Source: an uncultured Alphaproteobacteria bacterium
GTDB lineage: Bacteria > Pseudomonadota > Alphaproteobacteria > Rs-D84
Direction of reading: 5' to 3'
NCBI GenBank assembly: GCA_947367055.1
Contig: CANBCI010000003.1
Coordinates: forward strand, 92,713-156,712
Length of the DNA stretch: 64,000 nt
Shown here: piece after piece, positions 24,107 to 33,615 of the stretch
Layout: every line of letters starts with the position of its first letter
Position numbering within the stretch: the stretch's first letter is position 1
Notes under the pieces: generated by a model
Seen by the model: only the letters and a program-made list of their open reading frames with translations
Databases searched by the model: none
Told to the model about the DNA's origin: nothing
Position numbers and translations under genes: made by a program

Positions 24107-24123
24107 ACACAAAAGGCGAAAAA

Positions 24124-24309
24124 ATGGCATATAAAATAGATCCACAAAAATGTATTGCGTGTCACACATGCATGGGCGCATGCCCGGTATGCGCGATATC
24201 GGTCGGCGCAGACGGCAAATGCGTAATTGACCCGACCAAGTGCATTTCATGCGGCACATGCGCGGCGGTTTGTCCGGTTTCAGCGATTGCACCCGACACA
24301 GGCGCATAA
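24124..24309 (+). CDS. 2x[4Fe-4S] ferredoxin
   Basis: CIACHTCMGACP and CISCGTCAAVCP. Confidence 0.85.
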   Translation: MAYKIDPQKCIACHTCMGACPVCAISVGADGKCVIDPTKCISCGTCAAVCPVSAIAPDTGA

Positions 24310-24330
24310 ATAAATCGCGAATAAAACCTA

Positions 24331-24355
24331 AACGGGGCAATTGCCCCGTTTTTTT
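24331..24355 (+). terminator. Intrinsic terminator
   Basis: AACGGGGC-AATT-GCCCCGTT followed by a T-run. Confidence 0.7.
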
Positions 24356-24418
24356 AATTGCAAAAAATCGAATTCGTTATAATATATGCACTGTTAATAT
24401 TTTAGGGGTACAAATAAA

Positions 24419-25783
24419 ATGCCAGCAAAAACAATCAATGATATTGTCGCATTATGCAAGCGGCGCGGTTTTATATTCACAGGTTCTGAAATTTACGGGG
24501 GACTTGGCGGGGCGTATGATTACGGCCCGTATGGCGTCGAATTGATGAAAAACATCCGCAATGCATGGTGGAATGCAATGGTTTATTCCCGCAATGATAT
24601 TGAGGGACTGGATGCCGCGTTGATTTCTAACCGGCTTTTATGGAAATATTCCGGACACGAAGGCAGTTTTTCCGACCCACTGGTCGAATGCAAAAAATGC
24701 GGCGCCCGCATGCGTCAGGACAAGATGAAAGACCAGACGAAATGCGACAATTGTGGTTCAACGGATATTACGGAACCGCGCGCATATCAGTTGATGATGG
24801 GGCTGTCCATCGGGGCAATGGCCGACGGCGCAATCAATGCGTACCTGCGTCCGGAAACGGCAACGACGACATATACTAATTTCAAGAATGTTCTGGACGC
24901 CAAGCCCCACAAATTGCCGTTCGGCATCGCCCAGATTGGCAAGGCGTTCCGAAATGAAATTTCCCCGCGCGGCTTTGTTTTCCGTATGCGCGAATTCGAA
25001 CAGGCGGAAATGCAGTACTTTGTTAACCCGGCCGACGATGAAAAACAATTCGAACATTGGAAGGAAACACGCATGAAATGGTGGGTGGATGTTTTGGGCA
25101 TTCCTGCCGCGTCATTGCGCTTTTTGCCGCATGAAAAATTGGCCCATTACGCCAAGGCCGCGGTTGATATTGAATACGCATTCCCCGACGGCTTTGACGA
25201 GGTTGAAGGCATCCACAACCGCCAGGATTTCGACCTGGGGTCACATACGAAATCCCAATCGGAATTCAAAATCAGCGCCAAGGTTATGGAGAACAAGGAC
25301 AGTACGGTTAAATTGTCGTATTCCGACCCGCAAACCGGCGAAAACTTTATCCCGTATGTCATTGAAACGGCGATGGGGGTCAACCGCGCAATGCTGGCCG
25401 TGATGCACAACGCATATACCGAAGAAGAACTGCCGGACGGCAAATCACGCCTGGTATTAAAACTAAAGCCGTGGCTGTCCCCGGTCAAGGCGGCGGTGAT
25501 TCCGCTGGCGCGAAATGTTCCGGAATTGCTGGCGACGGCGGTCGATATTGAAAACGCACTGCGCAAATTACAAATCGGACGCATTGAATTGGAAAATTCG
25601 GGCAATATCGGTAAAAATTATCGTCGCCATGACGAAATCGGGACCCCGGTATGCATAACAGTCGACCACCAGACGACAGAGGACGGCACCGTCACCATGC
25701 GTCACCGCGACACAATGGCGCAGGAACGCATCAAAATCGCGGACGTACCGCGCCGGGTTTTGGAAATTGTAAACGGCCTATAA
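24419..25783 (+). CDS. glyQS: Glycine--tRNA ligase (homodimeric class II type)
   Basis: The N-terminus reads IVALCKRRGFIFTGSEIYGGLGGAYDYGPYG. 454 aa. Confidence 0.95.
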   Translation: MPAKTINDIVALCKRRGFIFTGSEIYGGLGGAYDYGPYGVELMKNIRNAWWNAMVYSRNDIEGLDAALISNRLLWKYSGHEGSFSDPLVECKKCGARMRQDKMKDQTKCDNCGSTDITEPRAYQLMMGLSIGAMADGAINAYLRPETATTTYTNFKNVLDAKPHKLPFGIAQIGKAFRNEISPRGFVFRMREFEQAEMQYFVNPADDEKQFEHWKETRMKWWVDVLGIPAASLRFLPHEKLAHYAKAAVDIEYAFPDGFDEVEGIHNRQDFDLGSHTKSQSEFKISAKVMENKDSTVKLSYSDPQTGENFIPYVIETAMGVNRAMLAVMHNAYTEEELPDGKSRLVLKLKPWLSPVKAAVIPLARNVPELLATAVDIENALRKLQIGRIELENSGNIGKNYRRHDEIGTPVCITVDHQTTEDGTVTMRHRDTMAQERIKIADVPRRVLEIVNGL

Positions 25784-25787
25784 AAAA

Positions 25788-25811
25788 ATCCCCCAAAACG
25801 GGGGGTTTTTT
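25788..25811 (+). terminator. Intrinsic terminator
   Basis: A CCCCC-AAAAC-GGGGG stem-loop followed by a T-run. Confidence 0.7.
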
Positions 25812-25848
25812 GATATAATACATTTGATAAAACCAAAGGATGACGAAC

Positions 25849-26784
25849 ATGAAAATAGCAATTATCGGATTGGGCAGTGTTGGTTCGGCCGTGGCCACCG
25901 CGGTAAAAAACACGGGGTTCGTACACGAGATTGTTTTATTTGACCGCGACGGTGTGCGCGCCCGCGCCGCCGCCGAAGATTTGGGCCACGCCGCCAGTTT
26001 TGGATTTGATGTTAAAATAACCGCGGCAAACAATTACCGTGCAATCCGCGGCGCCGACACGGTCATAATCGCAGCCGGGGCAAATCAAAAACCGGGCGAA
26101 ACACGCATGGATTTGTTGAATAAAAATGCAGATGTAATTCGTGACATCGTGCCAAAGATAATGGCGAACACGGACCCAAAGCATGTAAAAATCATTGTGG
26201 TCACGAACCCGCTGGACGTTATGGTAATGCTGACCCAGAAAATATCCAAACTGCCGGCGGCGCGCGTTATCGGCACGGGAACCATGCTGGATTCGGCGCG
26301 CCTGCGGACAATATTATCACGGCAACTGTCGGTATCAACCCAGTCGGTCAACGCATATGTTCTGGGCGAACATGGCGACAGCAGTTTTGTCGCATGGGAT
26401 TCGGCATGCGTCGGCGCGATTGCAATCAACGATTTCTGCCGGCAGGTAAAGGTCCCGCTGACGCAAACCGCGCGCAACACAATTGAACACCGTGTACGAA
26501 ACGCGGCATATGAAATCATACGCGGGCGCGGTGCCACATGGGACGGGATCGGCGCGGCGGCGGCGGATTTGCTACGCTGCATAATAAACGATGAACGCCG
26601 CATCATGACCGTCAGCAGCGTAAGCGGCACCGGCGCCAATGCGGTTGCGGTATCTATGCCGCGCATTGTCGGGCGCGACGGCGTTGCGGCGACAATAATG
26701 CCAAAACTGTCCGCAGATGAAAAATCCGCACTAAAGAAATCCGAGAAAATAATCCGCAAAAACTATGATGCGATAATAAAATAA
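25849..26784 (+). CDS. ldh: L-lactate/malate dehydrogenase family (LDH-like)
   Basis: IIGLGSVGSAVA, GANQKPGETRMDLL, GEHGDS. Confidence 0.8.
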   Translation: MKIAIIGLGSVGSAVATAVKNTGFVHEIVLFDRDGVRARAAAEDLGHAASFGFDVKITAANNYRAIRGADTVIIAAGANQKPGETRMDLLNKNADVIRDIVPKIMANTDPKHVKIIVVTNPLDVMVMLTQKISKLPAARVIGTGTMLDSARLRTILSRQLSVSTQSVNAYVLGEHGDSSFVAWDSACVGAIAINDFCRQVKVPLTQTARNTIEHRVRNAAYEIIRGRGATWDGIGAAAADLLRCIINDERRIMTVSSVSGTGANAVAVSMPRIVGRDGVAATIMPKLSADEKSALKKSEKIIRKNYDAIIK

Positions 26785-26808
26785 AAACGGGGCATGTCCC
26801 CGTTTTTT
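26785..26808 (+). terminator. Intrinsic terminator
   Basis: AACGGGGC-ATGT-CCCCGTT followed by a T-run. Confidence 0.7.
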
Positions 26809-26859
26809 AGTCTTTATTTTTAATCGCATATGTTTTATACTTTTATTAAATACGCAGGA

Positions 26860-27065
26860 AATGTGGATTTGGAACTTAGAAAATCCCTTATACCTTCGGT
26901 GCGTGAAATTCACGCATCGTTAAAAAAATGGCATCAAATTTGATGCCCCCCGACGCATAGGTCGGGTTGTCGCGGTTATAAAACAGGTCTTATCCAAAAC
27001 CCGCGAGGTCATTAAGGTATATGATTTTTCTAACATCCCGGCCACCACATAATTGGTGGTTTTTC
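26860..27065 (+). ncRNA. Structured leader RNA, family copy 3 (5' half diverged)
   Basis: It shares the CCCGAC/GTCGGG hairpin, the TTATAAAACAGG block, the CCCGGCC segment and the terminator architecture with copies 1 and 2. The 5' boundary is uncertain. Confidence 0.45.
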
Positions 27066-27093
27066 GTTGTGTATTAACAAAGGAAGGGGAAAA

Positions 27094-27663
27094 ATGCGCT
27101 TCACAACAAAAATGTTAATATTACTAATAGGCCTGTTTATCTCAAATGCTCGTGCTAATCAAATATGCGGTCTGTTGACATCCGATGGCTGGCTGTCAGA
27201 AAATGGCAATTTGTATGAATGCCTGGTTGCCGACAATCGATCCGACACACGAACCGCAGAATTAATGGCCGAATACTTTAACGAAAAATTTTCCGGCGCA
27301 TGTCTTGAATATCTGGACATTCAAAAGGTTTCCAACGATCTGTCATCATTAACATACTGCACGATTGAAACATATGGATGCCGTGCCGAAGAATACTATA
27401 CACCTGATGGATGCAAGCCATGTGGGAACGGCAACCATGCCGGCGGCACCGACGCGCACAACAGCACAAAATGCAATTATTGCTATAATGAACACTATTA
27501 TTATTCAGAAACAGACGATGATTGTTATCTATGTCCCGACAACGGATACGCCAATGATGTTGAATCACCCATAACAGACTGTTACATAACGCAAAGTAAA
27601 ACAGGCACCGATAAAACCGGTTCATATGAAATGAGTGACACCCGGTGTTACTGGACGGAATAA
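27094..27663 (+). CDS. Secreted cysteine-rich protein
   Basis: It has a signal peptide (MRFTTKMLILLIGLFISNARA) and repeated CxxC / Cx(n)C spacing in the C-terminal half. Confidence 0.6.
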   Translation: MRFTTKMLILLIGLFISNARANQICGLLTSDGWLSENGNLYECLVADNRSDTRTAELMAEYFNEKFSGACLEYLDIQKVSNDLSSLTYCTIETYGCRAEEYYTPDGCKPCGNGNHAGGTDAHNSTKCNYCYNEHYYYSETDDDCYLCPDNGYANDVESPITDCYITQSKTGTDKTGSYEMSDTRCYWTE

Positions 27664-27737
27664 ATTTCGGTCGGATAACAATCATATTTATATCGGGAAT
27701 TCCCCGTGTTATCATCAAATCGTACGGGGGAAATGAT

Positions 27738-28034
27738 ATGGATAACGTAGAATATGTTTTGTTTGACAATGGGCTCGGCTTTAACGCAGAGAAAAACGGC
27801 CAACATATTGGTGAAATAACTTTCGTGCGCGTGGGACTTGATAAACTTATCATAGACCACACGGATGTCGCGCCCGCGTACCAACATTCACAAATAGGCC
27901 TGAATCTGGTGCGTCGGGTTGCGGGACTGGCGCGAAACCAAAAACGCAAGATTATACCGTTGTGCCCGTTTGCGCGTGCAATGTTCTGTCGGTATCCGGA
28001 ATTTGACGATGTGCGCTTAATGAACGCGCATTGA
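27738..28034 (+). CDS. Small GNAT-like (YjdJ-type) acetyltransferase
   Basis: About 98 aa. Motifs are IDHTDVAPAYQHSQIGLNLV and IPLCPFARAMF. Confidence 0.7.
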   Translation: MDNVEYVLFDNGLGFNAEKNGQHIGEITFVRVGLDKLIIDHTDVAPAYQHSQIGLNLVRRVAGLARNQKRKIIPLCPFARAMFCRYPEFDDVRLMNAH

Positions 28035-28094
28035 TTGATTTAATTTGCCTAAACTATATTTTTTTACTAGCATGCCTAAATCAAGGGGAAGGAC

Positions 28095-29480
28095 ATGCAA
28101 AACAAAAAATCCGCATTTCTGTTATTGGGGCTTATATTTCTTAACGGTTACGTCAGTTTATCGCTGGAACTGGTGATACTGCGCCAACTGGGGTTCTATG
28201 TCGGTTCCAGCGCCGTCATTACCAGCATTATAATGGGAACATTTCTGGGGTTCATGTCATTGGGATATTTCCTGGGGTCGTCAAAAAAAATATCACCCAA
28301 AAATATTTGCCGTATTCTTGGAATCAGTTTTATCGTAATCGCAATATTTTCATTTCTCGCAGCCAGTTTCCCGTTGATTTCAAACTATTTCACATGGCTG
28401 TACCGCATCGGGGCAACACGCGCAATCGCCCAGACATTCATATATTCGTTTGCAATGCTGTCAATCGGGCCGTTTTTATTCGGGTTTAACACAACACTTT
28501 TGTCACGCGCACTGCACGAACATAATACGAATTATACCGGGACAATAATGGCATGGGACACAATCGGATCGGTTTTGGGGTCCCTGCTGACAACACTGAT
28601 ACTTATGCCGTTTATCGGTGTGAATTATACGGTTGCGGCAATTGCAATACTGGCATGCACATGTGCAATATTGGCGCATCCCCGCGTCTGGACAATACTG
28701 GCATCGCTATTGATACTTGCGCCGACAATGTATATAAACAGCAATAAATACCAACGTCATAATTTCGGCATACTGGTCAACAACGCCAATTCCACGATTT
28801 CAGTTTCACAATATCCCAACATGCGCATTCTAAATATGAATGGTTTGCCGATGTCCGTATATGTTCCGGCAACAAACACATCGGCGGAATACATAAATTA
28901 TATAAACGATAATTTCCTGTACACCATGCCGAACGACCATGTGCGAAAAATATTGGTTTTGGGGGCCGGCGGGTTCACGGCCGGACTGCGGGACGAATAT
29001 AACGACTACACCTTTGTCGACATAGAACACACATTAAAAGACATATCCGAAGAAAAATTCTTGCATCAAAAACTGACGCCGAACAAAAAATTCATAGTCC
29101 AAGATGCCGGACAGTTCTTAAAAAACACACCGGAAAAATATGATGTTATTCTGCTGGACGTGTATTCCAATTCTTTTCAGATACCAGAGGCATTTATAAC
29201 CGCAGAATTTATGGAACGCATAAAATCGCGCGTCGCGCCGGACGGCATCATAATAATGAATGTAATCGCAACCCCGAATTTTGCCGATGATTTCAGCCGC
29301 GTTTTCGACAACACTTTTCATGCGGTGTTTCCGGCAAACACCACGCGTCAAATTATCGGCGACTTTAACCCGTGGGCACCGCCCAATGCGGTGAATGTAA
29401 TCTACGTTTATTACAATCATAAAAACGATAACCGCATTTATACCACAAACAAAACACCGGTTATATACGATAGATATTAA
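28095..29480 (+). CDS. Membrane-anchored spermidine-synthase-like methyltransferase-fold protein
   Basis: It has about 7 N-terminal TM helices, then ILVLGAGGFTAG and VILLDVYS motifs. Confidence 0.75.
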   Translation: MQNKKSAFLLLGLIFLNGYVSLSLELVILRQLGFYVGSSAVITSIIMGTFLGFMSLGYFLGSSKKISPKNICRILGISFIVIAIFSFLAASFPLISNYFTWLYRIGATRAIAQTFIYSFAMLSIGPFLFGFNTTLLSRALHEHNTNYTGTIMAWDTIGSVLGSLLTTLILMPFIGVNYTVAAIAILACTCAILAHPRVWTILASLLILAPTMYINSNKYQRHNFGILVNNANSTISVSQYPNMRILNMNGLPMSVYVPATNTSAEYINYINDNFLYTMPNDHVRKILVLGAGGFTAGLRDEYNDYTFVDIEHTLKDISEEKFLHQKLTPNKKFIVQDAGQFLKNTPEKYDVILLDVYSNSFQIPEAFITAEFMERIKSRVAPDGIIIMNVIATPNFADDFSRVFDNTFHAVFPANTTRQIIGDFNPWAPPNAVNVIYVYYNHKNDNRIYTTNKTPVIYDRY

Positions 29481-29483
29481 AAC

Positions 29484-29502
29484 GGGCGGGGATTACCCGC
29501 CC
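29484..29502. terminator. Shared hairpin between convergent genes
   Basis: GGGCGGG-GATTA-CCCGCCC. Confidence 0.55.
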
Positions 29503-29507
29503 TATTA

Positions 29508-30098
29508 TTACATTTTTAAGTTTTCCAACGCGAAATCCCAATTCACCATTTTATCCAAGAATGAATCTATAAAATCAGCGCGTCTGTTTTGATAATCCAG
29601 GTAATAGGCATGTTCCCATACATCCAGGGTCAAAATCGGCTGCATGCCGTGGGCAATCGGCGTTTCGGCACCCGCGCCCGCGATGATTTTTAATTTATCA
29701 CCGTCGCGCGCCACCCAGGCCCACCCACTGCCGAATATTCCGGCGGCGGTTGATTTGAACTCGGCGCGAAATGCGTCCGCCCCGCCAAAGGCATCGGCGA
29801 TTTCATCCGGAACGCGCCCGCCGCCACCACGGCGCAGGCAATGAAAAAAGAAATCATGATTGAAAACCTGGGCCGAATTATTAAAAATTTTGGTTGCGTT
29901 TTCCGCCGCCGCCTTTTTTATAATTTTTCGCAGTGGCAATACCTCGTACTCGGTACCCTCAATCAAATCGTTCAAATTGTTTATATATGTCGCCAAATGT
30001 TTGTCATGATGAAAATGCAGCGTGTTTTCAGACATGTCCGGTTCCAGTGCATCATATTCAAACGGCAACGGAAATTGTGTCAATGTAAACATGTTCAT
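29508..30098 (-). CDS. sodB: Fe/Mn superoxide dismutase
   Basis: FHHDKHLATYINNLN and DVWEHAYYLDYQNRR. Confidence 0.9.
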   Translation of the reverse strand: MNMFTLTQFPLPFEYDALEPDMSENTLHFHHDKHLATYINNLNDLIEGTEYEVLPLRKIIKKAAAENATKIFNNSAQVFNHDFFFHCLRRGGGGRVPDEIADAFGGADAFRAEFKSTAAGIFGSGWAWVARDGDKLKIIAGAGAETPIAHGMQPILTLDVWEHAYYLDYQNRRADFIDSFLDKMVNWDFALENLKM

Positions 30099-30234
30099 GT
30101 TCCCCCTTGGGGTTGATTGTGCCGCCGCCCGGCGCAAAACACAACAGGAAAAATTTACACCCCATTTGGAAAAAGCACTTGCACCCGGCGCCATGGATTT
30201 CTATAATAAAAAAACCAAGGATTAAGGAGAAAAT

Positions 30235-30792
30235 ATGCAAAGATTATTTAAAATGGCCGCGGTATTGGCGATGTCTTTTATTGGATCCGCAAACGCGGCG
30301 AACATAACCCTGTATTATTCGCCGACATGCCCGCATTGTCATCATGCGCGCGAATTTATTGAAAGCCGCCTGGTCTATGAATACCCGCAAATTCAGGTAA
30401 AAAGCGTAAATGTCATGGACGAAGAAAACCGTGACGAGTTCTTTAAGACTTTGGAAAAATGCGAATATAACTCCGGGGGCGTGCCGGTTTTGGTAATTGG
30501 CGAAAAATGTTTCCAGGGCTATGCCGATTTCATGCAGTCGGATATCCGCACCGCAATAGAGGCGGATTTACCCGCCGACGCCAAGACCGAGGCTGCGGAA
30601 AATAAAAAGGCCATGGATTCCGACGCAGACGCATTTCGTGCCGCGCACACGGACCGCGCGGGCGTTGTTACGGAACAAATCGCAAAAAAAAACTCTAATG
30701 GGGCGGGCAATTTCTGGTTTTACGGATTGCTGATTGTATTGGTATGCGCACTGGGTTTTGTAATGCTGCGCGGCAATAAAAATAAACAATAA
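30235..30792 (+). CDS. Thioredoxin-fold thiol:disulfide oxidoreductase with a signal peptide and C-terminal TM anchor
   Basis: YYSPTCPHCHHA CxxC motif. Confidence 0.7.
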   Translation: MQRLFKMAAVLAMSFIGSANAANITLYYSPTCPHCHHAREFIESRLVYEYPQIQVKSVNVMDEENRDEFFKTLEKCEYNSGGVPVLVIGEKCFQGYADFMQSDIRTAIEADLPADAKTEAAENKKAMDSDADAFRAAHTDRAGVVTEQIAKKNSNGAGNFWFYGLLIVLVCALGFVMLRGNKNKQ

Positions 30793-30809
30793 ATAACCGG
30801 GACAAAACA

Positions 30810-31580
30810 ATGTTTGATTTAACCGCACTTGATTATGTTTATGTGGCCGTCGTGTTGGCGTCAACAATTTGGGCGACATTGCGCGGTGGCATTTTTGAAA
30901 CGGTTGCAACCATGTCATGGGTTGTCGCTGCGGTGGCCGCACGATTTGCATCACCTGTTTTGGACAAACTGCTGCAATCCTGGTTCGGATTATCCGAATC
31001 TACGGTCGGTACGTTAATCGCATCGTATTTTATCGTATTTTTTGCGATATTGATGCTGGTCGGATTCTTTAATCAGAAGCTGCGCGACCGTATTCAGCGC
31101 AGCATTATGAATGTCACCGATCACACTTTGGGCGTCATCTTTGGCATAACGCGCGGCGTTGTGGTTATGGGCGTCGTGTATTGGATTGCGCTGTGGTATT
31201 ATTCGGATTCACCGTTTTTGCCGCAATGGATTGCGGATGCGCGCACGCGCCCGATTATGCAATTAACGGCGGTAAAACTGGACGAATGGTTTATTCCCGG
31301 CGGCGAAAACAAATTATTGGCGCGCGACATGACCGGCACACACGAAGCTATGGAGATTTACAAAAATCTGATAAACCCGGCGGTTCTTGATAAAAAGAAT
31401 TCTGACGCCGCCCCGGTATCGGGTAAAACAGCCGCGTCGACCGAACAGGCCGGCGAAGTTCAGGCCGAAACCGGATACAAGTCTTCGGAACGAACCGCAC
31501 TGGAAAACCAGCTGCTGCAAATTGAGACGGCGGCGCGCGCCGAAGAAATTCGCGACGCGGAAAAAGATTTTAATGAATAA
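30810..31580 (+). CDS. cvpA: CvpA-family membrane protein
   Basis: The N-terminal TM pattern is CvpA-like (LDYVYVAVVLASTIWATLRG). Confidence 0.75.
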   Translation: MFDLTALDYVYVAVVLASTIWATLRGGIFETVATMSWVVAAVAARFASPVLDKLLQSWFGLSESTVGTLIASYFIVFFAILMLVGFFNQKLRDRIQRSIMNVTDHTLGVIFGITRGVVVMGVVYWIALWYYSDSPFLPQWIADARTRPIMQLTAVKLDEWFIPGGENKLLARDMTGTHEAMEIYKNLINPAVLDKKNSDAAPVSGKTAASTEQAGEVQAETGYKSSERTALENQLLQIETAARAEEIRDAEKDFNE

Positions 31581-31594
31581 AAATACAAATGAAT

Positions 31595-31623
31595 CAAATC
31601 CGCCGATTGGCGGATTTTTTTTT
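31595..31623 (+). terminator. Intrinsic terminator
   Basis: AAATCCGCC-GATT-GGCGGATTT followed by a T-run. Confidence 0.7.
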
Positions 31624-31689
31624 GCGGATTCGTTCCTAGTGACTTATGCGCGAACATATATGATAATCACAATATACAAGGAGAGAAAA

Positions 31690-32235
31690 ATGTTTCTAAA
31701 AACCAAAATATACTTCACTATTTTTTCACTGTATGAAATTCTGGCGGGAATTCTGCTGCATTGTCCGCGCACGTGCGATGCAATGTTCGGTGGGAACTTC
31801 TGCATGTCCGGCGGATACAAATACTTTATCGGCATGGTTGTGATACCGTTGCTGGCGCTGTTGATATGTATGTGGATACATGAAATATTTATTGCGCACC
31901 GTCATCATCATTCCCTGATGCACCGCGCCAAGGATGCCGCACATGACGCATGGGACAATGTAAAGGAACGCGTTTCGGCAAACATATCGCGCGCGGACAT
32001 CGAAAAATTCCTGACGGCGGCGGCATTGATCGGCGTAAAAAAATATGCCAGCAAACATCCGGAAACAAAAAACACACTGAAAAAAATATTCGCGCAATCC
32101 GATGTAAACATCGCGGACATAATCAACGAAGATGACGATGACGACGAATATATGGAAATGCGCCATACAACACGCACAGCGAATTCGACCCGCGGCGCAA
32201 AAGCGCATACAACCACTGCCAAGCGCAGAAAATAA
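31690..32235 (+). CDS. Hypothetical membrane protein
   Basis: A GGAGAGAA SD precedes MFLKTKIY. It has two TM helices and an acidic/basic tail. Confidence 0.5.
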   Translation: MFLKTKIYFTIFSLYEILAGILLHCPRTCDAMFGGNFCMSGGYKYFIGMVVIPLLALLICMWIHEIFIAHRHHHSLMHRAKDAAHDAWDNVKERVSANISRADIEKFLTAAALIGVKKYASKHPETKNTLKKIFAQSDVNIADIINEDDDDDEYMEMRHTTRTANSTRGAKAHTTTAKRRK

Positions 32236-32250
32236 TTCTCACGCCCCACG

Positions 32251-32279
32251 CGCCCCGGAAAATTCCGGGGCGTTTTTTT
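32251..32279 (+). terminator. Intrinsic terminator
   Basis: CGCCCCGGAA-AATT-CCGGGGCG followed by a T-run. Confidence 0.7.
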
Positions 32280-32319
32280 AACACAAAAACAGCGAAACAA
32301 TGATATAATCCACATTGAC

Positions 32320-33405
32320 ATGGTTTTAATTCGCCCAAAAAATTTACCGCATCCTGGACCGGAAAATCTGAATACGCTATGCGTATCGGCAAACCGGATA
32401 CTTAAACACGCCCCGATTTTCGTCACAGATTTCACACGCCCGGACATCGATCCGCGAAATTATTACAGTATCGGCCGCTACTATCATCCGAACCCGGAAA
32501 CAGCAGACGGCCTGCCGTGGGTATCACGCGACGGAATTGCGAACCCGGCGGCCGATTACGGCCCCAAGGCGGCCATGCGCGAACTGGCGCGCGATGTGTT
32601 GCAACTGGCGGTGGCCGGATTTTTTATTGATGAGAAATATGCCTTGGGCGCGACGGAACGCATGACCAAATGGTTTCTTGATTGTCAAAACGGAATGCGG
32701 CCCCACCTTGAAAATGCGCAAATGGTACCCGGTGTAAACACGGGACGGCCCGCCGGAATTATTGATTCGCACATGTGGCTAAATTTTGTTTTGGCGACGG
32801 ATTTTCTAAATGCGACGATTACGAATAACGATTTTTTCGACGGCATGCGCGAATGGTTCGGGCAATATTCAGACTGGCTGATGTACAGTTCCAACGGCAT
32901 CGCTGCGCGCGATATCGGAAATAACATTTCTGCATGGTGGGCGGCCCAGATAATGGCGTTTTCCATATTTGCCGGAAACCGCGACGCACAAATTCATGCC
33001 GCCGTCGACATGTACAAGCGGCTTATAAACGAACGGCTGGATAACGCGGGATGCTTTTTCGGTGAATTGCGGCGGACGCGTTCGCTACATTACTGCCTGT
33101 TTCATTTAAATGCGATGACATTGATTGCCGAATTGGCGAACGGCATCGGAATTGACCTATGGAATTGGCGCGGGGTTGCCGGATTTGGGATTGAACGCGC
33201 GTTTGATTTCCTGGCTCCGTATTTGTCGGGCCGGGCCGCCTGGCCCCATACGCAAATAGCCGCCGAACAATTTCCGACATTATTTTCATTTCATTTGGCG
33301 GCATGTCGACTGGGGCGCCCCGACCTTGATAAAGTCAACCAAATGCAATCACGCGCCGCCACATTTGGCGATATAATGGGCCCACAGTGGATTTGGCCCA
33401 AATAA
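32320..33405 (+). CDS. Alginate-lyase-family (PL5-like) protein
   Basis: YYSIGRYYHPNPETADGLPWVSRDGIANP resembles the AlgL-type N-terminal motif. The call is tentative. Confidence 0.5.
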   Translation: MVLIRPKNLPHPGPENLNTLCVSANRILKHAPIFVTDFTRPDIDPRNYYSIGRYYHPNPETADGLPWVSRDGIANPAADYGPKAAMRELARDVLQLAVAGFFIDEKYALGATERMTKWFLDCQNGMRPHLENAQMVPGVNTGRPAGIIDSHMWLNFVLATDFLNATITNNDFFDGMREWFGQYSDWLMYSSNGIAARDIGNNISAWWAAQIMAFSIFAGNRDAQIHAAVDMYKRLINERLDNAGCFFGELRRTRSLHYCLFHLNAMTLIAELANGIGIDLWNWRGVAGFGIERAFDFLAPYLSGRAAWPHTQIAAEQFPTLFSFHLAACRLGRPDLDKVNQMQSRAATFGDIMGPQWIWPK

Positions 33406-33432
33406 AAAATCCGCGGGACCCCGCGGAAATTC

Positions 33433-33508
33433 TGGTGCCAGTTGTCGGACTTGAACCAACGACCCTCTGATTACAAATCAGATGCTCTACCAACTGAGCT
33501 AAACTGGC
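33433..33508 (-). tRNA. tRNA-Thr (UGU)
   Basis: A 76-nt cloverleaf folded by hand, with anticodon loop UUUGUAA and an encoded CCA. Confidence 0.95.
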
Positions 33509-33615
33509 AACGGGTTTCACTATACATTGTTAAATTTATAATTTCAAGCCTAAAAATTCATAATTTATTTGCTTTTATAAAATATTGATTAAAAATATAC
33601 GGCAAAGGATTGCAA

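Noticed and set aside
26085-26759. 224-aa minus-strand ORF
   Set aside because: It lies entirely antisense to the well-supported ldh gene and has no independent signals.
31387-31689. N-terminal extension of ORF 31387-32235, overlapping cvpA and its terminator
   Set aside because: The extension runs through the cvpA 3' end and a strong terminator. A good SD and ATG at 31690 start the hydrophobic protein.
33335-33520. 61-aa minus-strand ORF
   Set aside because: It is the translation of tRNA-Thr (…AQLVEHLICNQRVVGSSP… is the typical tRNA read-through peptide).
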